Of a stretch of DNA of 29,586 nt, positions 27,291-29,586 are shown piece by piece; the stretch's first letter is position 1, and every line of letters starts with the position of its first letter. A model generated the notes under the pieces. The model was not told the DNA's origin. It saw only the letters and a program-made list of their open reading frames with translations, and ran no database searches. Made by a program: the position numbers and the translations under genes. This stretch comes from Candidatus Thorarchaeota archaeon (GTDB lineage: Archaea; Asgardarchaeota; Thorarchaeia; Thorarchaeales; Thorarchaeaceae): the NCBI GenBank assembly GCA_029858305.1, contig JAOUFI010000026.1, forward strand, positions 1 through 29,586, read 5' to 3'.

Positions 27291-27420
27291 ACGTGTTTTG
27301 AATGTTAACAGACGCAGTATGTAGCTCTTATTGTCATATATTTAATTCACATACTCACACTTATTTGGACATTAGGTGTAATTTGTTGTGAATGATTAGA
27401 AGATCTAATGTGTTCTTCTA

Positions 27421-28062
27421 GTGGTGATAGAAGTGAGTGATGGAGACCGGACCAACTATATCTATGAATTTACTTATTACTCGGCTCCTGGTCTCCGAGA
27501 GATTTTCCAATGCAAGTATGTGAATCCGAGTGAAGCACTCAACAGATTTAGTAAGATTCTCTCTCTTACGGAGGCACCCTTTGATTTCAAAATAGTAGTA
27601 TCTGATGAAACTATGGGAGAAGAGTCTAGCTTTCAGGTCAAGGGCGGCAGTGTAGAGGAAATGTTTGCTAAGTTTAAGGTGTTCTTAGAAACGAGTACAG
27701 GCTGTACATTTGAAGAGATTGTTGAAGAAATAACAGAGACCGGATTTGATGAAACTCGTTTTGACTCGATGAGTAATTTTGAGAAAATGCAGCTTATCAT
27801 CTATGCATCTTTCAAACATGGGAAGTTTTCATCACTTGATGTTGCTGAAATTTATGAGGATTCATTCAATGAAGATTTGCCAAAGAGCACAGCTTCGACG
27901 TATTTAGCCCGGATGTGGAACAACGGTAAGGGACATTTAGAACGTTACGGGAATAGATCTGGTTATACATACAGACTGAAGACTGAGTTGAAAGAGGTAC
28001 AAAAGGAAACTGATAGAGCAGAAGAGATTCTAGCCGCAATCCAGATGCGTGTTCGGGACTAA
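27421..28062 (+). CDS. Hypothetical protein with C-terminal winged helix-turn-helix
   Basis: C-terminal FSSLDVAEIYEDSFNEDLPKSTASTYLARM...GHLERYGNRSGYTYRL fits a wHTH; acidic linker; unknown N-domain. Confidence 0.7.
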   Translation: MVIEVSDGDRTNYIYEFTYYSAPGLREIFQCKYVNPSEALNRFSKILSLTEAPFDFKIVVSDETMGEESSFQVKGGSVEEMFAKFKVFLETSTGCTFEEIVEEITETGFDETRFDSMSNFEKMQLIIYASFKHGKFSSLDVAEIYEDSFNEDLPKSTASTYLARMWNNGKGHLERYGNRSGYTYRLKTELKEVQKETDRAEEILAAIQMRVRD

Positions 28063-28099
28063 CGGATTTACCCTCTTCTGCATTCAATCTTTTAATATT

Positions 28100-29416
28100 C
28101 TATAGTTTTATGATATTCTCTTCAAGAGCTATGCCTAGGCTAGCTAGTTCCTTCAGGATTGGTTCGTAAATCTCTGGAATAATTGGACGATGAACCCCTG
28201 TAAGATTGATTTTCCCATCAAGTATCATTCGGCTAGCAATAGCAACTGGTAATGCTACAGTTCTTGACATAGAACTATCGCCATGTGGAATCCCGTAATC
28301 GATGAGTGTTGATGTAATTTTCTGTTTTTTGTCTTTATACTCCACCATGAATTCATGATGCATTACTATCATGTCACGTTCACCAGGAGCGTACTGCATC
28401 TTCTCCTCGAAAAGATGACATAGTGCATCAAGCCTTGTGTTGATACCAGAAGGAATCATTACTTTATCAAATAGTCCAAGCCATTCAAGACGTGATAAGA
28501 TTGGGTGATTTTTATCAATTCCACAGAATTTGGCAACAGCATTTCTGATATCATCGGATCCCGCTGAAGTAAGTTCCTTCATCATAGCTGCATATGTCAT
28601 ATTGTCTAGAGACCTTTCCTCTATATCAAGTAGGCCGAGATCTGCAATCTTATCGAGTGTTTCACACCAACCTATGTTGCGATAAGTACCCCGAAGCATT
28701 GTTTTCGTTTCTGGAATGTTATAGATATCAATGTAAGACATGCTATCACGATTAGGGTATCCCTCAAAGGTACCAATTCCTGGAACCTCCATCAGTTCGT
28801 AATTTTGAAATAGATCAGCTCCAGGAATCGTTATCTCTTTTCCATCTTTTAAGAAGTGAGCATCATTCCTTCCTGCAAGCAGAACTCCACGAGGGCTCCA
28901 GGATAATTTGTAACCGTATGGATTATTATTTGAATCAGGGGCGGGAAGCCCACCGGTGAATGAGGTAAAGCTTTTGATTTTCCCGCCATTATGATGTACG
29001 TGATCTATTATTTGCATGGCACTCATATGGTCGATACCAGGATCAACACCACATTCGTTAAGAAGTATGATTCCAGCTTTTTTCGCTTCCTTCTCTAAAG
29101 CCTTCATCTCGTTTGAGATGTATGATGTTGTGCAGAAATGCTTCTTGTGTTTTATCGCAACCTTTGCAGCCTTGACATGGTATGTATAAGGCAATAATGA
29201 ACAGACAAGATCAACTTTAGCTGTTAAATCTTCAAGAAGATTATCATCTTTTGCTATATTGAAAGCAATAGCTTCTGCATTTTTACAACCCTCTATCAAG
29301 TGTTTAGCTTTGCTTATTGTTCTGCTAGCAACTATTACATGGAAACCATTTTCACTGAGGTATTGTATGTATGGACGAGCTACGAGTCCCGCACCCAGAC
29401 ATAACACGTTCTTCAT
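28100..29416 (-). CDS. Saccharopine dehydrogenase (glutamate-forming; Lys9/AASS-SDH-like)
   Basis: Rossmann LGAGLVA, SLLPY..H, TTSY, GVDPGIDHM, GGLPAP..NNP..YKLSWSPRGVL, EGYPNRDS, RGTYR, SMSRTVALP. Confidence 0.92.
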   Translation of the reverse strand: MKNVLCLGAGLVARPYIQYLSENGFHVIVASRTISKAKHLIEGCKNAEAIAFNIAKDDNLLEDLTAKVDLVCSLLPYTYHVKAAKVAIKHKKHFCTTSYISNEMKALEKEAKKAGIILLNECGVDPGIDHMSAMQIIDHVHHNGGKIKSFTSFTGGLPAPDSNNNPYGYKLSWSPRGVLLAGRNDAHFLKDGKEITIPGADLFQNYELMEVPGIGTFEGYPNRDSMSYIDIYNIPETKTMLRGTYRNIGWCETLDKIADLGLLDIEERSLDNMTYAAMMKELTSAGSDDIRNAVAKFCGIDKNHPILSRLEWLGLFDKVMIPSGINTRLDALCHLFEEKMQYAPGERDMIVMHHEFMVEYKDKKQKITSTLIDYGIPHGDSSMSRTVALPVAIASRMILDGKINLTGVHRPIIPEIYEPILKELASLGIALEENIIKL

Positions 29417-29586
29417 TTCTTTTTATCCTCCTCTAGATATTCCTTGATATACTCGTAATTTTTGGTTAATTTTCCTCTATACACAATAACAGCATCTTTG
29501 ATTTCTTGTGGTAGCTCCAGATCATCAAAAGATGATACTGTGAAGTCAGCTTTTGCAAATGCTGGGATAAAGCCAACCAGTGTTTC
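29413..29586 (-). CDS. C-terminus of a probable lysine-ketoglutarate reductase (LKR; partial)
   Basis: Manual translation ETLVGFIPAFAKADF...LELPQEIKDAVIVYRGKLTKNYEYIKEYL*, resembling the LKR-domain end (AVI..G.LT..YEYI); stop overlaps the SDH start (ATGA). Confidence 0.7.
   Translation of the reverse strand, partial: ETLVGFIPAFAKADFTVSSFDDLELPQEIKDAVIVYRGKLTKNYEYIKEYLEEDKKK

Larger units (their letters stand above)
26979..27398. repeat. Dispersed TGTGAAT/ATTCACA heptamer array (8 exact copies)
   Basis: ATTCACA at 26979, 27157, 27345; TGTGAAT at 26995, 27013, 27088, 27177, 27387. The 12-mer TGTGAATGATTA is exact at 27177 and 27387. Confidence 0.85.
26950..27420. other. Candidate replication origin (oriC)
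   Basis: 470-bp ORF-free AT-rich region with one canonical ORB, at least one degenerate ORB and 8 TGTGAAT/ATTCACA repeats. Confidence 0.7.

Noticed and set aside
26950-27420. CRISPR array
   Set aside because: The repeats are only 7-12 bp, in both orientations, irregularly spaced, and no cas genes are present.
385-29447. Numerous 60-126 aa antisense or alternate-frame ORFs (e.g. 4249-4629, 6693-7061, 17648-18019, 21288-21647)
   Set aside because: They are shadows of well-supported genes and show no recognisable motifs.

Overview
This is an archaeal chromosomal window. RpoG, a BA-type GINS, a single MCM, TFB, a BHB-type tRNA intron and IPK suggest a TACK/Asgard lineage, possibly Thorarchaeia-like; the taxonomy is inference only. 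Left (1-7.8 kb): a replication/repair cluster of hel308 (partial), mcm, gins23, rfcS, rfcL, truA, a small wHTH gene and orc1/cdc6, followed by tRNA-Gly(CCC) and a lone 2-oxoacid:ferredoxin oxidoreductase alpha gene. Middle (9.3-21.2 kb): an unusual surface/secretion neighbourhood with two Ig-like surface glycoproteins, rpoG, a divergent TFB paralogue, a VirB11/TadA ATPase, an Flp-like prepilin, tRNA-Glu(CTC) with an intron at position 10/11, and a 1265-aa membrane-anchored HerA/VirB4-like ATPase. Right: ipk, rps10, glmS, a small two-TM VirB2/CedA1-like protein, a SufS homologue lacking its PLP lysine, a nucleotidyltransferase, a 470-bp intergenic region with a canonical ORB plus eight TGTGAAT repeats (candidate replication origin) beside an unknown wHTH gene, and a split LKR/SDH saccharopine pair. 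Best candidates for novelty: a putative pilus + VirB4-like DNA-transfer system possibly under a dedicated TFB, the candidate origin with an adjacent wHTH gene, and the 10/11 tRNA intron with an acceptor-stem-mimicking leader. All calls come from reading motifs by eye; no database searches were run.
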